DNA from: an uncultured Methanosarcinaceae archaeon
Lineage (GTDB): Archaea > Halobacteriota > Methanosarcinia > Methanosarcinales > Methanosarcinaceae
Length of the DNA: 64,000 nt
NCBI GenBank assembly: GCA_963847185.1
Contig: CAWJYV010000010.1
Span: forward strand, 384,001-448,000
Direction of reading: 5' to 3'
The notes beneath the pieces are model-generated. The model searched no databases, was not told where the DNA came from, and saw only the letters and a list, made by a program, of their open reading frames with translations. Made by a program: the position numbers and the translations under genes. How positions within the stretch are numbered: the stretch's first letter is position 1; every line of letters starts with the position of its first letter. Positions 21,967 through 32,573 of this stretch are shown piece after piece.

Positions 21967-22953
21967 GTGAGAAATATGAGTAAACAAATTGAAATAAATA
22001 CTAAAGAAGAAAAAAAGACTAAAGCCCTCATAAAAGTAGAAGATCTTTCACTTTCATTTATTCAATATGCTACAGGACTTAGACAAAACGAATTAAAAGT
22101 GATATCAAGTTTGAGTATAGAAGCTTACGAAGGCGAGATTTTAGCTGTAGTAGGATCAAGCGGATCTGGTAAAAGTCTCCTGGCTCATGCAATATTAGGA
22201 ATTTTGCCTTCAAATGCGAAACTTGAAGGGAAGATAGAATACAACGGTCAGGAACTTACTCAAAAGAGAAAAGAAAAATTAAGAGGTAAAGAAATAGCTC
22301 TTGTTCCGCAATCTGTAAACTATCTTGACCCTTTAATGAGAATCTCCAATCAGGTAATAGGAGCTGTTGAAGAGGAAAAAGAAGGCTCAATGAAAAAGCT
22401 CCAGAGAGAAATTTTTCAGAGATACGACTTAAAACCTGAAGTTGAGAGAATGTTTCCCCATGAGCTCTCAGGAGGAATGTCCAGAAGAGTTCTGGTTTCT
22501 ACTGCCGTAATAAGCTCTTCAAAGCTCATAATTGCAGATGAACCGACCCCGGGATTGGATGAGAAAACATTGAATGAGACCCTGAACCATTTCAAAGATA
22601 TGGCAAATAGAGGTTGTGCGGTGATCCTTATAACTCATGATATAGAGGCAGCCTTAAAAATCTCTGATAAAATTGCAGTGTTCTATGCAGGTACTGTTCT
22701 GGAAGTAGCAAATGTTGAAGATTTTAATAATGATGGGGAAAATTTAAGGCACCCCTACACCCGCGCACTCTGGAATGCTCTTCCTCAGAACAAATTTCAG
22801 GCAATTAAAGGTCATCAACCAATGCAGGATGAAGTCGTTGACGGATGCATTTTTTATGAAAGATGCTCCCGGAAGAATGAGCTTTGCTCTAAAGGTATTC
22901 CTCAATTTAAAAATGTAAACGGTGGAATAGTGAGGTGCAATAATGTGTCTTAA
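21967..22953 (+). CDS. ABC ATPase (DppD/NikD type)
   Basis: GSSGSGKS, LSGGM, IIADEPT and HPYT motifs plus C-terminal Cys motif. Confidence 0.93.
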   Translation: MRNMSKQIEINTKEEKKTKALIKVEDLSLSFIQYATGLRQNELKVISSLSIEAYEGEILAVVGSSGSGKSLLAHAILGILPSNAKLEGKIEYNGQELTQKRKEKLRGKEIALVPQSVNYLDPLMRISNQVIGAVEEEKEGSMKKLQREIFQRYDLKPEVERMFPHELSGGMSRRVLVSTAVISSSKLIIADEPTPGLDEKTLNETLNHFKDMANRGCAVILITHDIEAALKISDKIAVFYAGTVLEVANVEDFNNDGENLRHPYTRALWNALPQNKFQAIKGHQPMQDEVVDGCIFYERCSRKNELCSKGIPQFKNVNGGIVRCNNVS

Positions 22954-23566
22954 AGCTGAAAACATAAGCTTCGGCTATAAAAGAGGCCAGTTAATTTTGA
23001 ATAACGTGAACATATCCCTGAACCGTGGAGAAGTACTGGGCTTAATTGGGGACAGCGGAAGTGGGAAGTCAACCTTATGTAAAATATTAGCTGATTATGA
23101 AACTAATTACCTGGGAAAAGTAAGTATTGACGGAAAAGAAATTACATCAAAAAAATATAACCCTGTCCAGCTTGTCTTTCAACACCCAGAAAAAGCGGTA
23201 AATCCAAAATGGAAAATGAAGGACATTTTAAATGAAGGACACAACGTTTCCCACGATATTTTAGATTCATTCGGAATAAAAAAGAGTTGGCTTAATCGGT
23301 GGCCAAATGAACTTTCAGGAGGCGAACTTCAAAGGTTTGCTCTTGCAAGGGCTTTGGGGCCTGAAACCAAGTACTTAATAGCTGATGAAATAACCACAAT
23401 GCTGGACGCGATTACTCAAGCTCATATCTGGGATACTGTTTTAAGAATAGTCCAAGAGATGAATATTGGAGTACTTGTTGTTAGTCACGAAAAAAAATTG
23501 ATTGAAAGATTATGCCACGATGTCGTTTATTTCGATGAAATAAATAACGTTAAAAACCCTTCATAA
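22943..23566 (+). CDS. ABC ATPase (DppF/NikE type)
   Basis: GDSGSGKS, LSGGE and LIADE motifs. Confidence 0.92.
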   Translation: MCLKAENISFGYKRGQLILNNVNISLNRGEVLGLIGDSGSGKSTLCKILADYETNYLGKVSIDGKEITSKKYNPVQLVFQHPEKAVNPKWKMKDILNEGHNVSHDILDSFGIKKSWLNRWPNELSGGELQRFALARALGPETKYLIADEITTMLDAITQAHIWDTVLRIVQEMNIGVLVVSHEKKLIERLCHDVVYFDEINNVKNPS

Positions 23567-23743
23567 TCCTGAATTACAGGCAAATTGTATTATAGACTAT
23601 AATCAAGCTTAAAGACAAAGATATAATAAATTAAGTGTTCCCCATAGTGAAAAACCTCTTGAGCCAATTCTGGTGCCTCTGTTTAAAAAAGCACCAGTTA
23701 ACAAGACTATAATAGATGTGAGAAGAGTGGTCAAGTAGTAAGG

Positions 23744-23974
23744 TTATTCAGTCGGAGTTATCATTCCTGAAACTATTTTGACTTCTTTTTGAAACTCAGC
23801 ATTGCTTATTTTTATGTGATTCATTCCTGATGCTTCCAGTGTAAAAGAGAAGAAATCTATAATTCATGTTTCGGGTTCATAGGATGCATCGATTTCTTTT
23901 TTCCATGAAAGTTCTTTGTTTTGCGGATCAATTACAGATACATTCAATAATTCAGAGCTGGGAAATTGTTCTTT
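23744..23974 (-). pseudogene. Possible 3' remnant of a gene cut off next to the MITE
   Basis: 77 codons with one internal stop (KEQFPSSELLNVSVIDPQNKELSWKK...MITPTE*); no start codon; abuts the MITE at 24006. Confidence 0.3.
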
Positions 23975-24005
23975 CGTTTTAAAAAAGAATCATTTTTTTG
24001 TTAAA

Positions 24006-24134
24006 GAGCTGATCCCAAAACTCAAAAACTGCTATTTCAATTTCGATTTTTAATAATCAATTAATTTACAGATCAGGAAAATAGTATGAAATTCCTATGG
24101 ATATGGAAACAGAAACGGATTTTGGGATAGGCTC
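24006..24134. mobile_element. 129-bp MITE
   Basis: TIRs GAGCTGATCCCAAAA / TTTTGGGATAGGCTC (13/15 match); non-coding interior. Confidence 0.75.
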
Positions 24135-24436
24135 AAATAAAAAGTAGTAGACGGATTTAACAAATAGTTACAGTTTTTGTCAACCAGAAAGTTACAGTTT
24201 TTTATCAGTTAAAGTAATTTAAAATCCGAACTCCCAATTTTCCGAGGCTTCGTGGAATATGATGCGTAACATTAATATACAACAGAGTATAAAATATTCT
24301 TATGTTGTAAGAAGCTCTAAGGGGGAGCTTCCAAATTATTAAATTCTTTTTGGTCTAATTCCAGCATGCATTACCTGAAAAAGAATTTGAGAATTATAAA
24401 AATACATTTTTGAAATAAGAAACATACTAGCAGTGG

Positions 24437-24766
24437 GTGGTAATAGTGGGAGAAGTGTTTGAACAAATCGATTATGCAAAATCTGCCAGAAAAAAGCTTA
24501 AACCTATAAGTAAAACATTAAGAACAGATATATACACGGATGAAAATGAAATTTTGTACTGGCTTGTACATAAGAATGCTAAACAAAAAATAGATTATTA
24601 CGACAAAAAAATATCCGAAATGGAAAAAAAATATAAAATGGACTTTTCTACTTTTAAAGATAAAATTCACTCGAGGATGGAAGAAAAAAGTCTTGAAGAA
24701 TGGAACGATTTTGTTCTATGGGTAGGTTATCTCAAAGCATACAGATACTGGGAAGAGTTCTGCTGA
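24437..24766 (+). CDS. Hypothetical helical protein, possibly antitoxin-like
   Basis: KISEMEKKYKMDFSTF...EEWNDFVLW pattern recalls small archaeal proteins found in toxin-antitoxin-like pairs. Confidence 0.55.
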   Translation: MVIVGEVFEQIDYAKSARKKLKPISKTLRTDIYTDENEILYWLVHKNAKQKIDYYDKKISEMEKKYKMDFSTFKDKIHSRMEEKSLEEWNDFVLWVGYLKAYRYWEEFC

Positions 24767-25030
24767 TATGAAAACCTGATATTCAACAAACTTTTTTCTT
24801 AGCAGACTTACTTTTTAACTTTTATAAGTCTCATTTTCATAGGACAACTTATTATATTTTCATGAAAGATCCCATAGTTACAGGTCTGATTTTATGCCAA
24901 CGCTTAAATAGACTTAATTATAAGAAGGCCCTCAATTCCGAATTAATGGACCTCGAGAAAATATCAATAAGAGAAATCTTTTCTGTCGATGATTCACAGG
25001 TCTTTTCTGCAAAATAAGCTGCCCCCATTC

Positions 25031-25330
25031 GAAACAAAGCGAAATCTCAACAACTTTACTTGAGAGAAAAACCTGAATTTTAGGCAGGATAACAAGAGAG
25101 TTTCAAGAAAAACAATAGGGTTTTCAAAAGTCAAAGAATGCTTAGAGAATCATATGAAGCTCTACTGTACGCATTTTAACTTCTGTAGAGGTCACGGAGG
25201 ATTAAGATATAAGGATGAAAAAGGAATAGAATGCAAAAATACTCCGGCAACAGAAGCAGGGATTACAGACTCAAAATGGACTTTGAATGAATTGCTGAGA
25301 TTTAGGTGTATCAAAATATCAATCAAATAA
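25031..25330 (+). pseudogene. IS1-family transposase C-terminal remnant
   Basis: QSEISTTLLER, a frameshift, then FRQDNKRVSRKTIGFSK...HFNFCRGHGGL...TPATEAGITDSKWTLNELL. Confidence 0.85.
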
Positions 25331-25428
25331 AGATGGACCATCAAAGTAAAAGATCTGGTAAATTAAAAAAGGAAAGAAGAGAGGTGCAGAGGATCAGCAG
25401 GAATCTCTCAACAAGCTATATTTCTGTT

Positions 25429-27024
25429 TCAGTAAACGGTCTCCTGTTTTGTCTTCGTATTAAATGCCCTGTATTCATCTGCTTTTTTATCCTGCAGGTA
25501 AACATATGCATATGAAGGAGAATTGAGCCTTTTCCTGTATTCTTCTCTGGCTTCAGCCTGACAACTGTTACAGGCGTAAATAGGAACAGAAACTCCAAAG
25601 ATTCTGGCATTATTAATACTGCTATGGGCTTGAGAATCAATGGTTATATAGCCCAGGCAGTCAGGGCAGATACGGACTGTTTCTTCCTGCAGTTCCTGAA
25701 TCATATCAGTGTCGTAAAAGATCTGTTTTTTCCGACTGTAAAAGTCTCCGTATTTTGCCAGTTCTGCTTCTACAAGCCTGTCCCTGTTTTTCCAGTTCTC
25801 GAGCTGAGTTGAGACTATAGTTTCCAGTGTTTGCCTATCCCTTTCAGCCTGAACAAACATCCCTGGCCTGTAGTCAGGCTCTCTAACACAGGAATAGTCA
25901 AGCCCTGCCATTGCAAGGATTATGCCGGTATTTACATAAGGCAGTGCAGTCTGGATTGCATAGCCTCCTTCAAGAACTGCCATATCAGGAGCGAGTTTCT
26001 CGTTCAGTTTTGCGTAGCCCTGTGCGGAAAAGCGCATATTTGCAAGAGGGTCAGTATAATGATTATCCTGCCCTGCAGAATTCAAAACAAGTTCCGGTTT
26101 GAAGTCTTCAAGAATCGGAAGCACCAGAGAATCGAGAATATAGAGTATACCCTCATCCGGGGTTGCAGGAGGCAAGGGAATGTTAATTGTCCTTCCAAGG
26201 GCTTTTGGGCCTCCCAGTTCGTTCATGAAACCGGAACCTGGATAAAGCGTCCTTCCGTCCTGGTGGAAAGAGATAAAAAGCACATCAGGATCATTATAGA
26301 AGATTTCCTGTGTCCCATCCCCGTGATGGACGTCAGTATCCACAATTGCAATCCTGCGGATCCCGTATTTCTTTCTCAGGTACTCTACAAGGATGGCTTC
26401 ATTATTGATATTGCAAAAACCCCGGTTTCCGTGAGCTACTGTCATGGCATGGTGACCAGGCGGGCGGACAAGGGCAAAAGCGTTTTTGACTTCCCCTTTC
26501 ATCAGGGCATCTGCCAGAACCAGACAGCTGCCTGCTGCAATAAGGTGAGGAGTCGTAGCCTGGGCTTTAATGTCAGGAACGCAAAAATGTACTCGTGCAA
26601 TATCCCTGTAATCAGCAAGGCGAGGTTTATATTCGGCTATCTCAGGCAGGTCCATAAGGCCTTCTTCAAAGATCTGGTCCCTGGTGTAGAGCAGGCGCTC
26701 TTCTCTTTCCGGATGTGTAGGTGAAATTGCCCAGTCGAAAGCAGGGAAGAAAATAAGGCCTGTCTTTCCGGCTTTGCTGCGGTCTGCCGGATACAAGGAT
26801 CCATTTTCCGACCCTTTATCACTTGTTTTCAATTCCACATTAACTCCATCAGGGGATTTTGAACTATTTCCTTCTGACTTTATAATCTGGACTTCTCTTG
26901 CGTTTTCAGAACTTGCCTTTTTTTCAGAACTTGCCTTTTCTGCGTCTTCTTTTTTCTCTTCCGGAATGTGCTCTTCAACTCCGCCTTTAAGTACATCCCT
27001 GATTTTTCCAAGTCCTAACTTCAT
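25429..27024 (-). CDS. Histone deacetylase/acetylpolyamine amidohydrolase family protein
   Basis: HPE, RPPGHHA, DTDVHHGDGTQ, SAGQD and LEGGY motifs; C-terminal CxxC...CxxC; ATG 27024 overlaps the upstream stop. Confidence 0.92.
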   Translation of the reverse strand: MKLGLGKIRDVLKGGVEEHIPEEKKEDAEKASSEKKASSENAREVQIIKSEGNSSKSPDGVNVELKTSDKGSENGSLYPADRSKAGKTGLIFFPAFDWAISPTHPEREERLLYTRDQIFEEGLMDLPEIAEYKPRLADYRDIARVHFCVPDIKAQATTPHLIAAGSCLVLADALMKGEVKNAFALVRPPGHHAMTVAHGNRGFCNINNEAILVEYLRKKYGIRRIAIVDTDVHHGDGTQEIFYNDPDVLFISFHQDGRTLYPGSGFMNELGGPKALGRTINIPLPPATPDEGILYILDSLVLPILEDFKPELVLNSAGQDNHYTDPLANMRFSAQGYAKLNEKLAPDMAVLEGGYAIQTALPYVNTGIILAMAGLDYSCVREPDYRPGMFVQAERDRQTLETIVSTQLENWKNRDRLVEAELAKYGDFYSRKKQIFYDTDMIQELQEETVRICPDCLGYITIDSQAHSSINNARIFGVSVPIYACNSCQAEAREEYRKRLNSPSYAYVYLQDKKADEYRAFNTKTKQETVY

Positions 27025-28733
27025 TCTATTCCCCTCCTCGTCCATTCGGGGATCAGGCCTGCAGGAATCTGCATTTCCACATCAAAAAGCTTTCCTACAG
27101 TGTACCAGCCGCTGACAACGTTAAAAACTTCACTACTGACAATCTCTGCCTCATCCGTATAATCGGCAATTCCAAACTTTTCCGCACGTTTCCTGAGAAG
27201 TTTTGCAGCAAAGGCTTCAACTTCCTCTAAACCCATTTTATTGAAATTTCCTGTATCAGTTGAGGTAAGACTTATAATTTCTCCCTCTTCAGCGATTGAA
27301 TATGCTTTCTGTTCAGTATCGATGTGCAGGCTCAAAGTAATTGTGGGCCTTGCAACAGCGGCCCCTATGGCATTTCCTACCTCTGCATGATCAGGAATGA
27401 CGGGTTTTGCATCAAGTTTCCTGGCAATTCCTGTAATGAGCCCTCTTGCTCCGCCTCCTATGCCTACCACATTTTGAGGCCTTTCCTTCTTTTCTTGAAG
27501 GACTTCCCATATCCTGTAAGCAGGTTCCTGTTCCCATTCAAAAAACATCTCATGGACTGCTTCAGAGATCATTTGCGTGGTTTTGTCCACTATCAGAGAT
27601 GCAGTTTCAGTTTCGGATTTTCCCCATCTTGACGCTGTAGTTGCTACTGCTTTTCTTGCACGTTCGAGACTTCCAACTTCAATAAGCCCAAGTACCCTCA
27701 GCGCATCAGTAGGAGTGGTTTCCGCCCCTCCCATGCAGCAAGCAGGACCTGCTCTATCAGGGCCAATAGTTATTATTTTTGCACCGCTTTTCGAATCCTC
27801 AACTCTTACTACACTATCCCCTCCTACAGGTATTGAGCGAACTGCAAAAGCCCGGACATGCGTAAGAGAAGAACCGAGTTTTACACCTTTTGAGGCAAGA
27901 AGAGGATTTCCTGAAAGAATAAGTGCAAGATCCGTTGTAGTTCCTCCTATATCCACTACCACAGAAGTTTCTCCTTCCGGAGTAAGGGCAAGGGCTCCAA
28001 TTGTGCTTGCAGCAGGACCCGAAAAAATGGTTTCCACAGGAAAATCGATTGATTTCTCAATAGGAAGAGTCCCGCCATCGGCTTTCAGGATGAAGACAGG
28101 AGCTTTGATATCTCTCTTCTCAAGGGCTGTCCGGATTTTCTCAACAAACTCCTGATAGCGCTCCCTGGTAGCAGAGGCAAGCATAGCAGTTGCAATTCTC
28201 CTTGGAAAGTTAAGTTTCCCCGAAACCTTATGTCCCAGTTCCAGTTTGCAATCCGGATAAATTTCCCTGAATATTTTTTCTATCATGAGCTCGTGGGAAG
28301 GATTTCTCTGCCCGAATTTACTTACAACAGCGGCCCTTAAAAGTCCCTGTTCTCTGATCAGGTTAACTGTTTTCCGAATCTCAGCTTCATCCAGAGGCTG
28401 GATTTCTCTACCTCTATAATCTATGGCCCCTTTGAGACAAAAACTATCAGGAAAAGAATAACTTGCAGGATTAATCCCAGGCCCTGGAATGAGCAACAGG
28501 GCAACTCTATCGGTTTTGCCTTCAGCAATTAGATTTGTTATAACGGTTGTGCTAAGTACTATTCTTTCCAGTTCTTTGGGGGAGATATCGCTGCTGATCG
28601 CATCAAGGGCTTCAAGCAGGGAATTCAGAAGACTTCCCTCTTCAGTGGAAACCTTGGCAGTACTGTATACACTTCCGTCCCGGATCAGCACCGCATCTGT
28701 AGTAGTGCCTCCGACATCGATTCCTATTAACAT
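27021..28733 (-). CDS. Hydantoinase/oxoprolinase A-type (ASKHA) protein
   Basis: IGIDVGGTTTD, SGPAAS, DIGGTTTD, TPTDA and NAIGAA motifs. Confidence 0.92.
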   Translation of the reverse strand: MLIGIDVGGTTTDAVLIRDGSVYSTAKVSTEEGSLLNSLLEALDAISSDISPKELERIVLSTTVITNLIAEGKTDRVALLLIPGPGINPASYSFPDSFCLKGAIDYRGREIQPLDEAEIRKTVNLIREQGLLRAAVVSKFGQRNPSHELMIEKIFREIYPDCKLELGHKVSGKLNFPRRIATAMLASATRERYQEFVEKIRTALEKRDIKAPVFILKADGGTLPIEKSIDFPVETIFSGPAASTIGALALTPEGETSVVVDIGGTTTDLALILSGNPLLASKGVKLGSSLTHVRAFAVRSIPVGGDSVVRVEDSKSGAKIITIGPDRAGPACCMGGAETTPTDALRVLGLIEVGSLERARKAVATTASRWGKSETETASLIVDKTTQMISEAVHEMFFEWEQEPAYRIWEVLQEKKERPQNVVGIGGGARGLITGIARKLDAKPVIPDHAEVGNAIGAAVARPTITLSLHIDTEQKAYSIAEEGEIISLTSTDTGNFNKMGLEEVEAFAAKLLRKRAEKFGIADYTDEAEIVSSEVFNVVSGWYTVGKLFDVEMQIPAGLIPEWTRRGIE

Positions 28734-29082
28734 TCACAATTCGCCTATCCTCACCTTTATGTATTCTTATTTTCGTTTCTAATTGTATTATAAGAAATTA
28801 TCCATTAGTTTTCAGATAAGAGTCATCAATAATTCTTAGATTGTGAGATTTGACACAAAGCTCATAGATAAAACTATTAAAAATATCTAATTGTAAGCTT
28901 TGAGAATGTAGCCGTTGATAAGGTTATTGTTATGATAAAGAATTAGAACTCTTCGGTATATGTATTGACAGATCCACTTTTTTCATCCGGCCAACTTTAA
29001 CCAATCTATCAATAACCAATCTATCAATTTTAATCGATCTATCAACTTAACAGGTTTATCAATTTCAACCAGCTTATTATCC

Positions 29083-31899
29083 TTACCCCTGAGATCCCTT
29101 GTCATTAAATCTGATGGTAAATTTTGTATCTTTTCCTTTTTCAAGCTCAATTGTTCCATCGAGCTGGTCAACCAAAGCATTTACGAGTTGCAAACCAAGA
29201 GTTCCGGGATTTTTAAAACTAATATTTTCAGGGAAGGACCCGCCACTATCTGAGTAAACCAAGGTAAATGTGGGATATATTCCAGAAGCTTTCGGGTCTG
29301 CACCTGCTTCAGGTGCTTTGCTCGATTTCGGGGCTTTTGTCTCAGATTCTTTATTAAGAACTATCCTGATCTTCCCTTCCGCACCTTTCGGAAATGCATA
29401 TTTAAGGGAATTTGAGAATAGTTCATTAACTATGATGCCCAGGGGAATTGCCGTGTCAATCCCAAAAAAAGTGCTGTCAGCCTCAAGGAGAAGCTGGATA
29501 TTCTCATTTCCAACCCTATAAGAGTGAAGAAGCTCAGCAGTCAATTTCCTTAGATATGCAGCAAAATCGATGCTTGCTACATCCTCTGATTTATAAAGCT
29601 CTTCATGGATTATGGACATTGAAGATACGCGGTTTTCGCTTTCTCTGAAAGCTTCTATAACATCCTTATCTTTGAACTTTTCAGCCTGCAGACTGAGCAA
29701 AGAAGAAACGACCTGGAGATTATTTTTGATCCTGTGGTGAATTTCTCTCATACCGATCTCTTCGGCTCTTGCAACGGCTTCTTCGGCTTTTTTCCTCTGA
29801 GTAATATCATAAGCATAACCCTGGATAAACATTATTTCTCCTGAAGAATCGGAGATATCGTGAATTAATTCATGAACCCACTTTACAGTCCCATCCTTCC
29901 GTCTGAGCCTGTAATCATGTTCCATAATGGAGTGTGAGGAAGAATTCACTTTCTCCAGATATTTCTTGATCACTGACCTGTCTTCCGACTCAATGAGATC
30001 AAAAAATTTTACTCTACCAAAGAGAAAATCTTCTTCCGTATACCCGGTTATCTCTTCGACAGCTCCTTCCAAAAAAAGAGGAGTAAAGTACCTGTCCAGT
30101 TTGAAAGAAATCCCTTTAAAATTCTGTAAGAAAGAACGGTAAAGCTCTTCACTTTCCCGGAGCTTTTGAGAGGAAAGTTTAATTTCAGTAACATCTTTCA
30201 TTACCCCAAGAGCTCTGCATATACACCCTTCCTCGTCTTTAAGGTATACTCCTTTATTTTCCACACAAAAATAACTTCCATCTTTTCGCCGGAACCTGAA
30301 TTCTTCGTTGAATCTTTCCCCTGTGTTCCAGCACCTTTTAAATGCCTGCTGTATTCTCTTGCGCTCCTGGGGATGAATATGTTTGAGCCAGTCATAAAAA
30401 TCGAAGTTTTCTATTTCTTTAGAACTGTATCCCGTAAGTTCATTGATGGCTCCTGCCCACTCAACAGACCCGTTTTTAAGGTCAATGTCATATATCAACT
30501 GCCCAGTTTGCTCCGCAATAAGGCGATATCTTTCTTCATTTTTTTGCAATTCATTTTCCATTCTTTTGCGCCCTGTGACATCAAGCATTACTCCTACCAA
30601 TCCCTCGACATCCCCGTTAAGACTTATGTATGTAGCTTTATTAAAAAGAAAATCCCTCTTCAGCCCATCAGAGCACATTACCTTGGACTCATAAACCTGA
30701 CAGCCTCCCCTCTGAAGAAGCTGACGATCCATTCCTTTATAAACCTCTCCAAGTTCTAAAGGAATTAGCTCGGAAAGCTCATCTATAGAGCGTCCTGTTA
30801 CCTCTTCTTTTGAGCTTCCGAGAATCATCTTTGCAAAGAGTTCATTACATCCCTGGTAAATGCCTTTCCTGTCCTTGTAAAACACAGGAACCGGGATAGT
30901 ATCCAGCAATGTTTCCAGGAAATTGACCTTATTTCTAAGGGCATCTTCCACTTCCTTCCGTTCAACAGTCAGGGAGATAAGTGATGCCACTGCGCCCATG
31001 AAATAAGCATCTTCTTTTGTAAATCTCTCTTTTTTCGTACTGTGAGCTGTCAAAACTCCATAAGGCTTTTCCACGCTTCCGATAAGAACACTTATTCCGC
31101 TAATTATTTCCGGATAACCTTCAAATCCGATTTTATTTATTGAAATCTTTTTATTCATATTTTCGATAAATATTGGCCTGCTTGAAAGCACAGTATAACC
31201 TGCTATCGAGGCCACATTCTTCCTGATTATCTTCCCTGTTTCTTCCGGCCTCCAGCCAATTCCTTTTTCAAATAGAAAACTTCCATCAGGTAAAAGTTTC
31301 AAAATTTTGCAGTATTCCACGTCAAGTGTGGCTGCAACAAGAGGCAATGTTTCGTCCATCAGAGTCTCGAGAGCAGGGGCTTTGAGAGACATTTCGGCAA
31401 TTAAGGAAAGAATTTCATGCTTCCGATTTATTGAAAAAAGTTTTTTTTCAGCTTTTTTGGAAGAAGTAATATCGAATGCTGAGAGGATAATGCATTCGTC
31501 CGCAGGCAAGGGAGTTAAAGTGATAGAGTATATTTTTTCCTTTACTTCCAATTCCATCTTTTCAGGTCTTTTTCGGAGATAGATTCGCCGGAAAGTACTC
31601 AACATTTCCACTGGAAACTTGTCTCCCTCCTGGCTTTTGAGGAGCTCCAGCAAAGACTTTCCTGCCTTATTTGCATAAAGAACAGTCCCCTCTTTTCCAA
31701 TTCTCAGGACAGGAGCAGGGCTATTTAAAAGAAATTCTCCCATCCAATTTTCCTCCATCCTACCTTCTTCCATCCTGCTTTCTTCCATCCTGCCTTCTTC
31801 TTTTATTTCATTTACATTTTCTTTGTTGTTTATACCAGAGCCACCTGATAATTTATTTTTGTATTTGCTCATCTCTTTCTGCAAGTTATTTCTTACCAC
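29083..31899 (-). CDS. PAS/GAF sensor histidine kinase (HisKA_2 type)
   Basis: EIHHRIKNNLQVVSSLL, NELFSNSLKYAF and TLGLQLV motifs; GAF plus several PAS/PAC domains. Confidence 0.93.
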   Translation of the reverse strand: MVRNNLQKEMSKYKNKLSGGSGINNKENVNEIKEEGRMEESRMEEGRMEENWMGEFLLNSPAPVLRIGKEGTVLYANKAGKSLLELLKSQEGDKFPVEMLSTFRRIYLRKRPEKMELEVKEKIYSITLTPLPADECIILSAFDITSSKKAEKKLFSINRKHEILSLIAEMSLKAPALETLMDETLPLVAATLDVEYCKILKLLPDGSFLFEKGIGWRPEETGKIIRKNVASIAGYTVLSSRPIFIENMNKKISINKIGFEGYPEIISGISVLIGSVEKPYGVLTAHSTKKERFTKEDAYFMGAVASLISLTVERKEVEDALRNKVNFLETLLDTIPVPVFYKDRKGIYQGCNELFAKMILGSSKEEVTGRSIDELSELIPLELGEVYKGMDRQLLQRGGCQVYESKVMCSDGLKRDFLFNKATYISLNGDVEGLVGVMLDVTGRKRMENELQKNEERYRLIAEQTGQLIYDIDLKNGSVEWAGAINELTGYSSKEIENFDFYDWLKHIHPQERKRIQQAFKRCWNTGERFNEEFRFRRKDGSYFCVENKGVYLKDEEGCICRALGVMKDVTEIKLSSQKLRESEELYRSFLQNFKGISFKLDRYFTPLFLEGAVEEITGYTEEDFLFGRVKFFDLIESEDRSVIKKYLEKVNSSSHSIMEHDYRLRRKDGTVKWVHELIHDISDSSGEIMFIQGYAYDITQRKKAEEAVARAEEIGMREIHHRIKNNLQVVSSLLSLQAEKFKDKDVIEAFRESENRVSSMSIIHEELYKSEDVASIDFAAYLRKLTAELLHSYRVGNENIQLLLEADSTFFGIDTAIPLGIIVNELFSNSLKYAFPKGAEGKIRIVLNKESETKAPKSSKAPEAGADPKASGIYPTFTLVYSDSGGSFPENISFKNPGTLGLQLVNALVDQLDGTIELEKGKDTKFTIRFNDKGSQG

Positions 31900-32326
31900 A
31901 TGGGCAGATTATTCAAGGATGAACTGATTATTCAGGACGAAAACTTTATTCGGAAGGATTGCTTATTCAAGGACCCCAATCCAAGAATCTGTTTCTAAGA
32001 TGTTGTTTTTGATAATCAGTAAATCCTAATAACATATTAATATTCTGCTGATTTTAACAAAATAAATTACAGGAGTTATTAAAAAAGCATCAGCGGGAAC
32101 TAAAACTTTAGTTAAGCATTGGTTTTTATAAAAAGTCGGTATTTAAGAATATATAAAATACCAGTGAATTGTTAAACAGTCCTGAAAAATATTCGTAATG
32201 GAAGATTTTGCGATACGAAATTAAATAATAATGAAGATAATTAAAGAATAACAAATAAAATCCAAAACGATGAGATTGAAAACATAACTCAAAACATAAA
32301 TTAAAGTTTTATAAGGAAGATATTTT

Positions 32327-32506
32327 ATGGAGGACTTTTACCAGCTTAAAAGGAAGCTTGAAGGTATGACGCCTTCGGAACTTTTTGATTATGCAAAGGA
32401 AAAATATCCTGATAACGAAAATCTCGGACTCGGATCCAAAAAGATAGTCGTCAGAAGAATCCTTAACCTTGAAAGAAACAGAATGAATGAACAGGAAAAA
32501 GCCTAA
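32327..32506 (+). CDS. 59-aa small protein (below the ORF-track cutoff)
   Basis: MEDFYQLKRKLEGMTPSELFDYAKEKYPDNENLGLGSKKIVVRRILNLERNRMNEQEKA; purine-rich RBS; co-oriented with the JAMM gene. Confidence 0.6.
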   Translation: MEDFYQLKRKLEGMTPSELFDYAKEKYPDNENLGLGSKKIVVRRILNLERNRMNEQEKA

Positions 32507-32573
32507 CATTAAAGATACTTTTGCCTTCAGAATGAAGAGATAAGCATATACATTTTCAGGAGAAGAATTATCT

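Noticed and set aside
25831-26724. 297-aa + strand ORF and similar ORFs antisense to ppsA, the kinases and the superoperon genes
   Set aside because: They fully overlap well-supported genes on the opposite strand and show no recognisable motifs.
28983-29180. 65-aa ORF with IDRL/IDWL repeats
   Set aside because: Arises from short degenerate AACCAATCTATCAA repeats downstream of the kinase stop.
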